A stretch of DNA of 64,000 nt from Bacteroidota bacterium (GTDB lineage Bacteria > Bacteroidota > Bacteroidia > Bacteroidales > BM520), in NCBI GenBank assembly GCA_002748065.1, contig PDRJ01000026.1, positions 5,770 to 69,769 of the forward strand. Reading direction: 5' to 3'. The notes under the pieces were generated by a model that ran no database searches, was not told the DNA's origin, and was given only the letters and a program-made list of their open reading frames with translations. Within the stretch, counting starts at the first letter, position 1; each line of letters starts with the position of its first letter. Made by a program: the position numbers and the translations under genes. Shown in pieces: positions 34,366 through 44,616 of this stretch.

Positions 34366-36989
34366 AACACTATATCTCTACCCTGCTTACCCTCTTCTTC
34401 CTGGGAACGACCCTCCTTTTTGGACAGGTAACCCTTAGTGATGACCTCAATGAAATCGACTATATGTCACCCAAAAAATATCTCTTGGGGGGGATCACCA
34501 TTAGTGGCGTGCAGTACCTGGATGAGAACGTACTAAAAATGGTCTCCGGATTATCGGTGGGCATGGAGTTGCAAATCCCGGGAGAAGAGGTGACACGAGC
34601 CATCGAAAATCTTTGGGATCAAGGCCTTTTTGAGGATATACAAATATCGGCAACCCACATTGTGGAGGATCAAATTTTCTTAACTATTTCACTTGTTGAG
34701 CGTCCAAGACTCTCTAAGTTTGCCATTAAAGGGGTAAAAAAATCCGAAGCCGATAACCTCAGGGATGAGATCAATATCATCCGGGGGGATGTGATTACCG
34801 ACAACCTTATCGTCCGAACTAAAAATCGCATTACAAATTACTATACAGAGAAAGGTTACCTTAACGCTGAGGTCACCATTGACCAGGTACGGGATACAAA
34901 TGAGGTAAACTCCGGTATTCTCACCATCCATGTTGATAAGAAGAAAAGAGTGCGAATTCACCATATCCATTTTAAGGGAAATCACAATCTCCGAGACAGT
35001 AAAGCCAAAATGGCACTCAAGGAGACCAAGGAACGGGGACACTTTACACCACTTACCTACTTAGACACCCTCTTTCTGACTACGGTAAAGGCAGCGCCCT
35101 CATTTGACATGGGAAAAATTCTCTCCGTCCTGGTAAACTACTCCACCGACAATGTCCGGCTACGGATCTTTAAAGGATCCAAATTCATTGAGAAAAAATT
35201 TCAAGAAGATAAACAGCTTCTCATTCGGAAATATAATGCCATGGGTTATCGCGACTTCAAGATTCTCAGCGATACCATCTATCCCTATAGCGAAAACAGC
35301 ATTGGGCTTGATATCAGTGTTAGTGAAGGAAAGAAGTACTACTTTGGAAATATCAACTGGGTGGGAAATACCAAATACGATACGGAGACACTCAACTCCA
35401 TTCTGAAGATCAAGAAGGGCGATGTCTATAATCAGGATGAGCTGGACACCAACCTAAGTTTCAACCCCAACGGAATGGATATCTACTCGTTATACATGGA
35501 TGATGGTTATCTCTTCTTCCAGGTAAACCCCGTGGAAGTACGGGTTGAGAATGACAGCATTGACTTAGAGTTACAGATTCAGGAGGGGAAACAAGCCACC
35601 GTAAATGAAGTGGCCATCCAAGGGAACACCCGCACCAACGATCATGTAATTATCCGTGAAGTAAGGACACGTCCGGGGGATCTTTTTTCCCGTTCGAAGA
35701 TTATCCGCACCACCAGGGAGTTGGCGAATCTTCAATATTTCAATGCGGAGACCCTCAACCCCAAACCCATCCCCAACCCTGCAGATGGAACCGTAGATAT
35801 CGACTATCTTGTAGAGGAGACCAGTTCCGATCAGGTGGAGCTATCAGGAGGATGGGGTTACAACAGGATTATTGGAACCATTGGCGTCTCCTTCAATAAC
35901 TTTTCGGCAAAGAATATTTTTAAGAAAAAGGCCTGGCGTCCCATTCCCACCGGAGATGGACAGAAGTTCAGCATACGAGCCTCCTCCTACGGCACCGGTT
36001 TTATCAGTCTCACCACCTCATTCACGGAGCCATGGCTTGGAGGCAAGCGCCCCAATGCCTTTAGTGTAACCTACTATTACTCCCTCTTTTCCAATGGTAT
36101 CTCCAGAAAAGATGCAAAATACCGGGGGTTGAGCATTAACAGCCTATCCTTTGGCTTAGGAAAAAGGCTACAGTGGCCCGACGACTTCTTTATTCTGTAC
36201 CAGAATATCAATATGATGCGCTACAGTCTGGACAATTACTCGGGAATCTTCGCCTTTGGAAATGGGAACGGAAAATACAACAGCCTTAGTTACGGCATCA
36301 GCCTAAGCCGTAATTCCGTGGATGCTGCTATCTATCCCCGTAGGGGATCTGAGATAAGTTGGGGGTTGGAGGTTACACCGCCCTACTCTCTTTTCTCACA
36401 AAAGGACTACACAACCATGGATGATACGGAGAAGTACAAATGGATTGAGTTTCATAAATGGGATTTCAAAACCACCTTCTATCAAAAGATTGCAGGAGAT
36501 CTCGTGATTATGGCGCGACTCAAATACGGTTTCTTAGGATCATACAACACAGACATCGGAATCACCCCCTTCCAACGGTACTACCTGGGAGGGGATGGAC
36601 TAAGCAGTTACAATAATTTTGATGGCCGACAGATCGTAGGTATGCGCGGATATAGCAATGAAAGCCTAACACCGCTCTACTATTTCAGTAAGAACCTTGG
36701 AGGCACCATCTACAACAAAAACACCATTGAGCTCCGCTATCCACTATCCCTCAATCCATCAGCGACTATCTATGCCCTCACCTTCCTGGAGGCGGGAAAC
36801 TCCTGGCTAAAATTTTCCAACTTTGATCCATTTGACCTCTATCGGTCGGCAGGGTTTGGTGTTCGTATCTTCCTTCCCATGTTTGGCGTACTAGGCTTAG
36901 ACTGGGGGTACGGATTTGATGATGTTCCGGGTTTACCCTCGGCCAACAAAGGTCAATTCCACTTCTCTATCAACGGTTCCATCGATTAA
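34362..36989 (+). CDS. bamA: Outer-membrane protein assembly factor BamA
   Basis: 875 aa with a signal peptide, multiple POTRA-like repeats and a C-terminal Omp85 barrel ending ..GQFHFSINGSID. Its start overlaps the uppS stop (ATGA) and it is followed by two ompH genes. Confidence 0.9.
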   Translation: MKHYISTLLTLFFLGTTLLFGQVTLSDDLNEIDYMSPKKYLLGGITISGVQYLDENVLKMVSGLSVGMELQIPGEEVTRAIENLWDQGLFEDIQISATHIVEDQIFLTISLVERPRLSKFAIKGVKKSEADNLRDEINIIRGDVITDNLIVRTKNRITNYYTEKGYLNAEVTIDQVRDTNEVNSGILTIHVDKKKRVRIHHIHFKGNHNLRDSKAKMALKETKERGHFTPLTYLDTLFLTTVKAAPSFDMGKILSVLVNYSTDNVRLRIFKGSKFIEKKFQEDKQLLIRKYNAMGYRDFKILSDTIYPYSENSIGLDISVSEGKKYYFGNINWVGNTKYDTETLNSILKIKKGDVYNQDELDTNLSFNPNGMDIYSLYMDDGYLFFQVNPVEVRVENDSIDLELQIQEGKQATVNEVAIQGNTRTNDHVIIREVRTRPGDLFSRSKIIRTTRELANLQYFNAETLNPKPIPNPADGTVDIDYLVEETSSDQVELSGGWGYNRIIGTIGVSFNNFSAKNIFKKKAWRPIPTGDGQKFSIRASSYGTGFISLTTSFTEPWLGGKRPNAFSVTYYYSLFSNGISRKDAKYRGLSINSLSFGLGKRLQWPDDFFILYQNINMMRYSLDNYSGIFAFGNGNGKYNSLSYGISLSRNSVDAAIYPRRGSEISWGLEVTPPYSLFSQKDYTTMDDTEKYKWIEFHKWDFKTTFYQKIAGDLVIMARLKYGFLGSYNTDIGITPFQRYYLGGDGLSSYNNFDGRQIVGMRGYSNESLTPLYYFSKNLGGTIYNKNTIELRYPLSLNPSATIYALTFLEAGNSWLKFSNFDPFDLYRSAGFGVRIFLPMFGVLGLDWGYGFDDVPGLPSANKGQFHFSINGSID

Positions 36990-37049
36990 ACTTACTTTGG
37001 TACAAAATTTGATATTTTCAACACTCGAAACATATTTAGGAGGAAAAAC

Positions 37050-37565
37050 ATGAAAAAATTAATGCTTATTATTGCGCTTGTCCTTGGAACCATGGGAATC
37101 TCCAACGCTCAGAAGTTCGCTTATGTGGATACGGACTATATCCTGAAAAATATCCCCGATTACAAGGATGCACAAGCACAAATTGACGACCTTGCCGCAC
37201 AGTGGCAACAAGAAATTGAGAAGAAATTCAGTGAAATTGATGCGGCCTACAAGAAATACCAGGCAGATGCAGTTCTCCTTCCTGAGGAGATGAAACAGAA
37301 AAGAGAAGAGGAGATTATCCAAATGGAGAAAAAGGCCAAGAATCTCCAGAAGAAGTATTTTGGACAAAACGGAGAACTCTTCAAAAAGCGTCAGGAGTTG
37401 GTTAAACCTATTCAGGAAAAGGTCTACAATGCCATAGAGGCCATCTCAACAGCAAACAACTACGGAATGGTTTTTGACAAAGCAGGAAGCACCACCATCA
37501 TGTATGTAAATGCACGGTATGACATTAGTGACGAGGTACTTGATGAATTAGGCTATTCCTACTAA
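37050..37565 (+). CDS. OmpH/Skp-family periplasmic chaperone
   Basis: Signal peptide, then ..KFAYVDTDYILKNIPDYKDAQAQIDDLAAQWQQEIEKK.. and a coiled-coil core. Confidence 0.88.
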   Translation: MKKLMLIIALVLGTMGISNAQKFAYVDTDYILKNIPDYKDAQAQIDDLAAQWQQEIEKKFSEIDAAYKKYQADAVLLPEEMKQKREEEIIQMEKKAKNLQKKYFGQNGELFKKRQELVKPIQEKVYNAIEAISTANNYGMVFDKAGSTTIMYVNARYDISDEVLDELGYSY

Positions 37566-37633
37566 TTGTTAAAGAATCATAACCTTTGCTTATTCATTGG
37601 AAAATTATTTAAATTTGCCCGACTTATTAATAC

Positions 37634-38158
37634 ATGAAAGAGATGAACAACTTTTTTAAAATTTTTATTGTTGCAGTTCTTGTTTTGACAGGTTCTATCA
37701 ATGCCAACGCACAAAATAAGACGAAATTTGGTCATGTTGACTTTGCAGCACTCTACGCATTGGTTCCGGGACAGGATACCGTAAAAATCATTTACGAAGC
37801 TTATGCTCAGGACATTCAGAATCAATTCACCACCATGCAAGGAGAGTATGAGTCAAAACTGATGAGTTATCAACAAGATTCGCCGACCATGTCTGATATT
37901 GCTCGTGAAATAAAGGAGAAAGAGATCCTGGATCTTCAAAAGAGAATTGAGGCATTCCAATACACTGCGCAAGAGAAACTTGGAAAGAAAGAGGCTGAAC
38001 TTACAGCTCCGCTTATTCAACGAGCACGTGAAGCGGTTGAGGCCGTAGCCAAAGAGAAAGGATACACCTACATTTTCAACAGCACAGAGGGACTTCTTCT
38101 CTATGCGGAACCTTCGGATGATATCATGCCCTTGGTGAAGAAAAAATTAGGACTGTAG
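37634..38158 (+). CDS. OmpH/Skp-family periplasmic chaperone (second copy)
   Basis: Signal peptide, ..KFGHVDFAALYALVP.., a coiled-coil core, and ..AKEKGYTYIFNS.. Confidence 0.85.
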   Translation: MKEMNNFFKIFIVAVLVLTGSINANAQNKTKFGHVDFAALYALVPGQDTVKIIYEAYAQDIQNQFTTMQGEYESKLMSYQQDSPTMSDIAREIKEKEILDLQKRIEAFQYTAQEKLGKKEAELTAPLIQRAREAVEAVAKEKGYTYIFNSTEGLLLYAEPSDDIMPLVKKKLGL

Positions 38159-38252
38159 TCGAACGCTACGGAACAAAAGGCTTCCCGGAAAAAGATCTTA
38201 TCTCATGGGGAGCATCTTTTGCTAGCCGGTGTTTGTGGCGTATCTTTCTGAG

Positions 38253-38281
38253 GCTTTCGACAAGTTTGTCAAGCTCTTTTT
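38253..38281 (+). terminator. Hairpin plus T-run downstream of the ompH pair
   Basis: gctttcgacaa-g-tttgtcaagc (stem with a 2-nt bulge) followed by tcttttt. Confidence 0.45.
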
Positions 38282-38321
38282 GCAAGTTACCGTTTACGAC
38301 AACTAGATAGAAATAATCTAA

Positions 38322-38350
38322 AACCATCTCCTTCCGGAGGTGGTTTTTTT
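38322..38350 (+). terminator. Second intrinsic terminator-like hairpin, 31 nt before the next start codon
   Basis: ccatctcc-ttcc-ggaggtgg (one G.U pair) followed by ttttttt. Confidence 0.6.
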
Positions 38351-38380
38351 ATTACCTTGCAACATCAAAAACGACATACT

Positions 38381-41344
38381 ATGTTTCTAAACTATAAAGC
38401 AGTACGGGGTAAAAAGGTGGATTTTACCGATACGGCATTTCATTCTTTAATGCGAAAACGCATCTACCATGTCTTACTCATTGCCAGTCAATATGACACC
38501 TTTGTATTGGAAGGAGACGGCCGCATTGACGAACAGATCTTCAATGAGTATACGGCCTTAAATCTTCGGTATCCTCCTCAGTTTATCCAGACGCCCTCGG
38601 AGAAGGAGGCTTTTGAGATCCTTGAAAAACAACAGATTGATTTGGTCATCACCATGTACAGTGCAGGAGAGAAGGATACCTTTGACATGGCAGAAAAGGT
38701 AAAAAGGCGGTATCCTGATAAGCCAATGGTTGTACTCACCCCTTTCAGCAGGGAGGTAATTATGAGGGTTAATCAAAAGGATCTTAAATTGATTGACTAC
38801 GTTTTTTCCTGGCTGGGAAACTCAGACCTTCTTCTTGCAATCATCAAACTCATTGAAGATAAAATGAATCTGGAGTACGATGTCAACAAGACAGGGGTGC
38901 AAACGATCCTATTGGTAGAGGATTCCATTCGCTTCTACTCCTCCTACTTACCCAACATCTACAAAATCATCTTCAAGCAATCGCAAGCTTTTATGACGGA
39001 GGGGTTAAATGAGCATCAACGGATGCTCAGAATGCGGGGAAGGCCAAAGATCATCCTTGCCACCAACTGGGAGGATGCGATCTCTTATTATGAAAAATAC
39101 AAACACCATATGCTTGGTATCATTACGGATGTAAGGTACAAGCGAAACGGTGAGATTGACCCCGAGGCAGGGGTTAAACTGGTGGAAAGAGTACGGAAAG
39201 ACGACACCTTTATGCCGGTGTTAATGCAATCTTCGGAGATCAAAAACAGACTTCTTGCGCAACAACTTGAAGCAGGTTTTCTGGACAAAAACAGCAAGAC
39301 CTTATCGCTTGAGTTGCGCAAGTTCATGAATAAACACCTTGCTTTCGGAGACTTTCTTTTCACAGACCCACACACCCTCAGCCCCATTGACAGGGCAGCT
39401 AACCTCAGGACACTGCAGCAGAAAATCTTCCAGGTTCCGGATGAAGTTCTCGAATACCATGTACATCGCAACGACTTCTCCAAATGGCTCAATGCAAGGG
39501 CTTTATTTCCCATTGCGGCGCTATATAAGGATCTTATCCCGGGAGATTTCTCCGGCCTGGACGAGATGCGCCAATTCATGTTTGATGCCATTGCAGCCTA
39601 TCGCTATACCAAAGCCAAAGGGGTCATTGCCCAATTCAGTGCTGACCACTTTGATGAATATCTTACCTTCTCCCGAATTGGAGATGGAAGTATTGGAGGA
39701 AAAGCGAGAGGGTTAGCCTTTTTAGATAACCTCATCAAACGAAATACGGCCTTCAACGCCTTTGAGGGAGTTCAAGTACGCATTCCCCACACGGTGGTCT
39801 TATGCACTGACATCTTTGATCAATTTATGGAGGAGAATGACCTTTACCCCATTGCCTTATCAGATCAAAGTGATGAAGCGATTTTAGCAAAGTTCATCAA
39901 AGCACGATTACCTTTTCGTATTTATGAAGACCTATATTCCTTCATTAGTGTGGTGAAGAAGCCGGTGGCTGTACGCAGCTCATCACTCCTGGAAGACTCA
40001 CATTACCAACCATTTGCAGGAATATACAGTACCTATATGGTTCCATGGATGGATGATGACAAACAGATGACGGAGATGATTGGTAATGCCATAAAGAGTG
40101 TTTATGCCTCCTCCTTTTACAAGAGTAGCAAAGCCTATATGATGGCCACCTCCAACATTATTGATGAAGAGAAGATGGCGGTAGTTTTGCAAGCGGTGTG
40201 TGGAGAAGCACACGGAAACCGGTTTTATCCCACCCTCTCCGGAGTTGCACGATCCATCAACTTCTACCCCATTGAACCAGAGAGGCCTGAAGATGGTATT
40301 GCCAATATTGCATATGGATTAGGAAAACATATCGTCGATGGGGGGCAGACCCTCCGTTTTTCTCCTCAATACCCGAAAAAGGTTCTTCAGACCTCTACTC
40401 CGGAACTTGCATTACGAGAGACTCAAAACACCTTTGCCGCACTAGATCTTGATCCGCAACAGTTCATTACCTCTACGGACGACGGAATCAATATTGTGGA
40501 TTATCCCATCAATGACGCAAGCGAAGACAAACTAATGAGGTATGTGGTCTCCACCTACGACTATCATAGTAGAATGTTACGAGTAGGAAAACATGATAAT
40601 GGCAAACCGTTGGTCACCTTCTCCAGCATCCTTAGCCACGGGAAATTCCCCCTTGCCGAGATCATCAAAACCTCATTAACCATTGGCCAACAGGAGATCA
40701 ACAAGCCCATTGAGATTGAGTTTGCGGTGGATTTGAATCCCAATAAGGAGGGAAATATCATCTTTAATCTTCTTCAGATCCGACCCATTGTGAGCAACAA
40801 GGAGACCTTGGAAGAAGATATCTCCAGGATCTCCCCCGAACAAGCGATTATCACCTGTAAATCAGCCTTAGGGAATGGAATTATCAATACCATACACGAT
40901 ATTGTTTATATCAAACCGGAGTCTTTTGATCCGGCAAAGAACAGGGAGACAGTAGCGCATGTAAGCCGCATCAACGAAACCTTCTTACAAAGTGGAAAGA
41001 ATTACATTCTCATTGGTCCGGGACGTTGGGGCAGCAGTGACCCTTGGTTAGGGATTCCCGTAAAGTGGCCTGAGATAAGTGCCGCCAGGGTCATTGTGGA
41101 GTCAGGGCTCAAGGAGTACCGCATTGATCCCAGTCAAGGGACGCACTTCTTCCAAAACCTCACCTCTTTCCGAGTGGGTTATTTCACCATCAACCCCTTC
41201 ATTGAGGATGGAAGTTATGACCTCGCCTACCTCAACAAACAGCCTGCGGTATACGAGGACAAATTCCTTAGACATGTCCGTTTCGATGATCCGGTGGTGA
41301 TTAAGATTGACGGAAAGCAGAATCTTGGAGTTATTCTAAAGTAG
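38381..41344 (+). CDS. Receiver-domain protein fused to a PEP/pyruvate-binding (PPDK N-terminal ATP-grasp) domain and an uncharacterised C-terminal domain
   Basis: There are two CheY-like segments (..HVLLIASQ...IDLVITMYS.. and ..TILLVEDS...LGIITDVRY...PVLMQSS..). These are followed by ..IGDGSIGGKARGLAFL.. and ..VAVRSSSLLEDS.., typical of the PPDK_N / PEP synthase nucleotide-binding domain. I saw no TGGxTSHAA phosphohistidine motif. The start is taken at the ATG at 38381. Confidence 0.7.
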   Translation: MFLNYKAVRGKKVDFTDTAFHSLMRKRIYHVLLIASQYDTFVLEGDGRIDEQIFNEYTALNLRYPPQFIQTPSEKEAFEILEKQQIDLVITMYSAGEKDTFDMAEKVKRRYPDKPMVVLTPFSREVIMRVNQKDLKLIDYVFSWLGNSDLLLAIIKLIEDKMNLEYDVNKTGVQTILLVEDSIRFYSSYLPNIYKIIFKQSQAFMTEGLNEHQRMLRMRGRPKIILATNWEDAISYYEKYKHHMLGIITDVRYKRNGEIDPEAGVKLVERVRKDDTFMPVLMQSSEIKNRLLAQQLEAGFLDKNSKTLSLELRKFMNKHLAFGDFLFTDPHTLSPIDRAANLRTLQQKIFQVPDEVLEYHVHRNDFSKWLNARALFPIAALYKDLIPGDFSGLDEMRQFMFDAIAAYRYTKAKGVIAQFSADHFDEYLTFSRIGDGSIGGKARGLAFLDNLIKRNTAFNAFEGVQVRIPHTVVLCTDIFDQFMEENDLYPIALSDQSDEAILAKFIKARLPFRIYEDLYSFISVVKKPVAVRSSSLLEDSHYQPFAGIYSTYMVPWMDDDKQMTEMIGNAIKSVYASSFYKSSKAYMMATSNIIDEEKMAVVLQAVCGEAHGNRFYPTLSGVARSINFYPIEPERPEDGIANIAYGLGKHIVDGGQTLRFSPQYPKKVLQTSTPELALRETQNTFAALDLDPQQFITSTDDGINIVDYPINDASEDKLMRYVVSTYDYHSRMLRVGKHDNGKPLVTFSSILSHGKFPLAEIIKTSLTIGQQEINKPIEIEFAVDLNPNKEGNIIFNLLQIRPIVSNKETLEEDISRISPEQAIITCKSALGNGIINTIHDIVYIKPESFDPAKNRETVAHVSRINETFLQSGKNYILIGPGRWGSSDPWLGIPVKWPEISAARVIVESGLKEYRIDPSQGTHFFQNLTSFRVGYFTINPFIEDGSYDLAYLNKQPAVYEDKFLRHVRFDDPVVIKIDGKQNLGVILK

Positions 41345-41406
41345 GACTTAACCTTCTCCTCGAGGTTCTTTTGTTACCGGAACCTGCAAAAAGGCGACTA
41401 CTTTCA

Positions 41407-43881
41407 TTAAAAAGAGACCATAAGCCTCACATTAACCTGTAGGGGAGTAAGGTAGTTGGGAACGGGCCATTGACGTCCGTAGATATCCTTAACCCACAAA
41501 TAGCTGGCGGTATTACTAACCTGGAGGATATTGAGCACCTCGGCAGTGACCCATATCTCTTTAAAGGGCTGAAAGAAGGAGTTCTTCACAAGGGTATTCT
41601 CCCCCTTAATCAGCTTGGAGAATCCGATATCCACCCGGCGATAGGGAGGCATTCTCAAGATATCCTGATAACGTTGTGCCTTCGATGGTCCATAGGGGAT
41701 TCCCGTACCAAAGTGAAGGTTAAGTTGCATTTTCCACGTGGGTCTTCGGGGGATATAGTCCTGGAAGAATATGCTTAAATTCACCCGTTGATCGGTGGGG
41801 CGCGCGATATAGCCGGGTTCCACACGTTCTCCCTCTTTATTCAGGTAAAAATCACCCTCGATATCCTCTGCCGTTTTTAGGATGGAGAGGGTCATCCAGG
41901 AGTCTACCCCTCGCACAAACTCACCCAACACTTTAAAGTCCACCCCCGCACTATATCCATGAGCCACCTGATCCGCAAGGTACCGAATACTCACATTATC
42001 CACTTTATAGGGCACCAGGTTATTCAACTTCTTATAATAGAGTTCCGTAATAAACTTAAAAGGTCTATTCCATGCCCGAAAATTCCAATCGGCTCCGGCC
42101 ACAAAATGGATAGAGCGTTGGGCTTTCATCCGAGGAAAGAGGAGTCCTGATCGGTCGCGCATTTCACGATAAAATGGAGGTTGATAGTACCAACCGGAAG
42201 AGAAACGAAAGACAATATCTTTTTTTCGTTGAGGATGATACGAGAGCGTAGCCCGAGGACTCAGAAGGAGCTCTCCACTCAGATCACGGTAATTCATTCG
42301 AATACCGTAAGAGAGCACCCATTCCGGATTTTTTGCATGGGAGAGGGTCCAGTTATCCTGGAAAAAAGCGGTAAAACGATTCACCTCAACCAGGTGAGAG
42401 CCTTTCACTACCTCATCCATATTCAAGGGGGTAAAGGGCTGTACCACAGGATTCACATAACCGATGGAGTCGGGGGGACGGGGAAGGGTATATCCGGCCG
42501 AATCGATCAGTGCCCATTCACTCAAATGGTCATCAAAGTATTCATGTTGGAAGTTTGTCCCCCATGAAATGAGATGCTTCCCCCACAAAAAGGTTCCTCG
42601 ATGTTGCAATGAAAGCACCCTCGTTGACAAATAGTTACGCGCATGATTCAGGAAAGTTCCCACACCGATGGTCTGTACCACTTGGTCGAACTCGCTATCA
42701 TCGGCTCCCAAGTCATTTTCCAACAATCCGATCCAATATTGTCCTTGCAAATCATACGTTTCCTGCTCCACCGCTTGATACGCGGAAGCAATAAATTTCA
42801 GCATCAGATCTTCGTGCGGCTGATAGGTAGCGGTAAAGGCCCCCATCCCTCCTTGATAAGAGTCCAATTCTTGTCCATCATAGTAGACGGTAAGCCGATA
42901 GGCTTCCATAAGGGCTCCATAATCTGTTTCACGAACTTTAGGAATAAAAAGGTATCTATTTCTCGCGAAGTTTCCCAGAAAAGAGAGGTTCCATGCATCG
43001 GTCAGCCGGTAAGAGAAGAGCCCCTGCACATCACTAAAGGAGGGCTTATAATCGCCCTTTGTATCCAAGCCTTTCAGGAGATACTGATTGGCTTTATGGC
43101 GCAATCCGACAAGGTAGGAGAACTTTCTATTTTTAGAGGTTCCCTCCAGGTGTCCGGAGCCTCCCAAAAGGCTCATATCAAAAGAGGCAGCAAATTTCAG
43201 GGGCCGCTTATAGGTGATGTCCAGTACAGAGGCCATCTTATCGCCATATTTTGCCCCGAATCCCCCGCCGGAGAAACTAATGGAAGAGACCAATGCCGGA
43301 TTAAGAAAGGAGAGCCCTTCCTGCTGCCCCGAACTCACTAAGAAGGGGCGATAGATCTCAATATCATTCACATAGACCAGGTTTTCATCGAAGTTACCAC
43401 CACGCACGGAATACTGGGAGCTCAACTCGTTATTGGAAGCCACACCGGGGAGGGTCTTCACCACCGACTCTACGGCTCCCGATGGGCTAGGGATCAGTTT
43501 TACATCCTTAGGATTAATGCGCTCCAAGGTGGAGTGGCGAATCCGGGTATCTTCAATAACCACATCGGGAAGGTTTTGGACCTCCGGGGTCAATTGAAAA
43601 TCCTGTTTTTTTCGTTCTCCCGGGGCGAGTTTCACCAAGAACTTTTGGGGGGCATAACCGATAAAAGAGGCGACTACCTGCAACGATTGATTCGCCGGGA
43701 GTTGGAACTCATAGTATCCAGACAGGTTGGTGGAGGCTCCTTCCGGAAATCCAGGGATAGAGACATTAACCAGTTCTAAAGGGGTTCCCTCCCTATCGGT
43801 GACCACACCATAAAGCGTTGCCTTCTGAGCCACTCCTGTCAGGCCCCAGAGAAGAGTGATAAAAACCAGTATCCTTTTCAT
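41407..43881 (-). CDS. TonB-dependent receptor with N-terminal carboxypeptidase-regulatory-like domain
   Basis: Signal peptide. ..ATLYGVVTDREGTPLELVNVSI...GYYEFQLP.. and plug-like ..LPGVASNNELSSQYSVRGGNFDENLVYVNDIEIY.. precede a long barrel ending ..QVNVRLMVSF. Confidence 0.85.
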   Translation of the reverse strand: MKRILVFITLLWGLTGVAQKATLYGVVTDREGTPLELVNVSIPGFPEGASTNLSGYYEFQLPANQSLQVVASFIGYAPQKFLVKLAPGERKKQDFQLTPEVQNLPDVVIEDTRIRHSTLERINPKDVKLIPSPSGAVESVVKTLPGVASNNELSSQYSVRGGNFDENLVYVNDIEIYRPFLVSSGQQEGLSFLNPALVSSISFSGGGFGAKYGDKMASVLDITYKRPLKFAASFDMSLLGGSGHLEGTSKNRKFSYLVGLRHKANQYLLKGLDTKGDYKPSFSDVQGLFSYRLTDAWNLSFLGNFARNRYLFIPKVRETDYGALMEAYRLTVYYDGQELDSYQGGMGAFTATYQPHEDLMLKFIASAYQAVEQETYDLQGQYWIGLLENDLGADDSEFDQVVQTIGVGTFLNHARNYLSTRVLSLQHRGTFLWGKHLISWGTNFQHEYFDDHLSEWALIDSAGYTLPRPPDSIGYVNPVVQPFTPLNMDEVVKGSHLVEVNRFTAFFQDNWTLSHAKNPEWVLSYGIRMNYRDLSGELLLSPRATLSYHPQRKKDIVFRFSSGWYYQPPFYREMRDRSGLLFPRMKAQRSIHFVAGADWNFRAWNRPFKFITELYYKKLNNLVPYKVDNVSIRYLADQVAHGYSAGVDFKVLGEFVRGVDSWMTLSILKTAEDIEGDFYLNKEGERVEPGYIARPTDQRVNLSIFFQDYIPRRPTWKMQLNLHFGTGIPYGPSKAQRYQDILRMPPYRRVDIGFSKLIKGENTLVKNSFFQPFKEIWVTAEVLNILQVSNTASYLWVKDIYGRQWPVPNYLTPLQVNVRLMVSF

Positions 43882-43884
43882 TTT

Positions 43885-44616
43885 TTAATCTTCCATCCAT
43901 TGGTCAGGCCGCTCCCACTCTTCCCATTTATCCGACTTCTTCACCTCTTGGTATTTATCCGATTTTCGTTTAAACTCCCCATTTTTCCAAGCCTTGATAA
44001 ACTGAGCCCAGGCAAAAGGGTTCAGCAGCGAAATGGGTTGTGGTTGACCGGCATAATAGAGCTTACGAGTTACCTGATTTATATAATTTTTATAATTCAT
44101 ACTACCATCCATCTGATAAGCTTCGGCTCGCGCAATCAACGCTGATTGTTCCAGGTTCTTCCGGGCAATCTCATAATCATCATCGGGAACCTCCAGGTTC
44201 ACAAAGGCCTCTCGAAACTGCTCTTTGGATGGCCATGGATATATAACGGCTTGAGACAATAATATTGTATCCGACGACATCACTTGTATCAACGAATAGC
44301 GATTTTCCCGGATGGTATCGGGAATCACGAATGTCACATCCTTAAACCCCACAGCAGAAAACTGCACTGTATCCCTTTTTATCGCCACAAAAGAGAAGAA
44401 ACCGGCATAATCGGCAATGGTTCCTCGCCCCCTATTGGTGATGAAGATGGTAGTAAAAGGGACGGGGTGAAGACTATCTGCGGTTACCACAACCCCTGAG
44501 AACTGCACCAAGTCACCATCAGAAGAGGAATCCCAGCTCAATGACTGAGCCCATCCCTCACTGAGCACACCTCCAAGCACCACCCAAAAGAGGAAAAAAC
44601 CGCATCGCTTTATCAT
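43885..44616 (-). CDS. Carboxypeptidase-regulatory-like domain protein (secreted, function unknown)
   Basis: Signal peptide ..VLSEGWAQ, then ..VQFSGVVVTADSLHPVPFTTIFITNRGRGTIADYAGFFSF.. It lies 3 nt upstream of the TonB-dependent receptor gene. Confidence 0.55.
   Translation of the reverse strand: MIKRCGFFLFWVVLGGVLSEGWAQSLSWDSSSDGDLVQFSGVVVTADSLHPVPFTTIFITNRGRGTIADYAGFFSFVAIKRDTVQFSAVGFKDVTFVIPDTIRENRYSLIQVMSSDTILLSQAVIYPWPSKEQFREAFVNLEVPDDDYEIARKNLEQSALIARAEAYQMDGSMNYKNYINQVTRKLYYAGQPQPISLLNPFAWAQFIKAWKNGEFKRKSDKYQEVKKSDKWEEWERPDQWMED

Noticed and set aside
39088-39591. 167-aa minus-strand ORF
   Set aside because: It is antisense to the receiver/PPDK_N gene, with no supporting features.
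42643-43341. 232-aa plus-strand ORF
   Set aside because: It is antisense to the TonB-dependent receptor gene. It is a shadow ORF.
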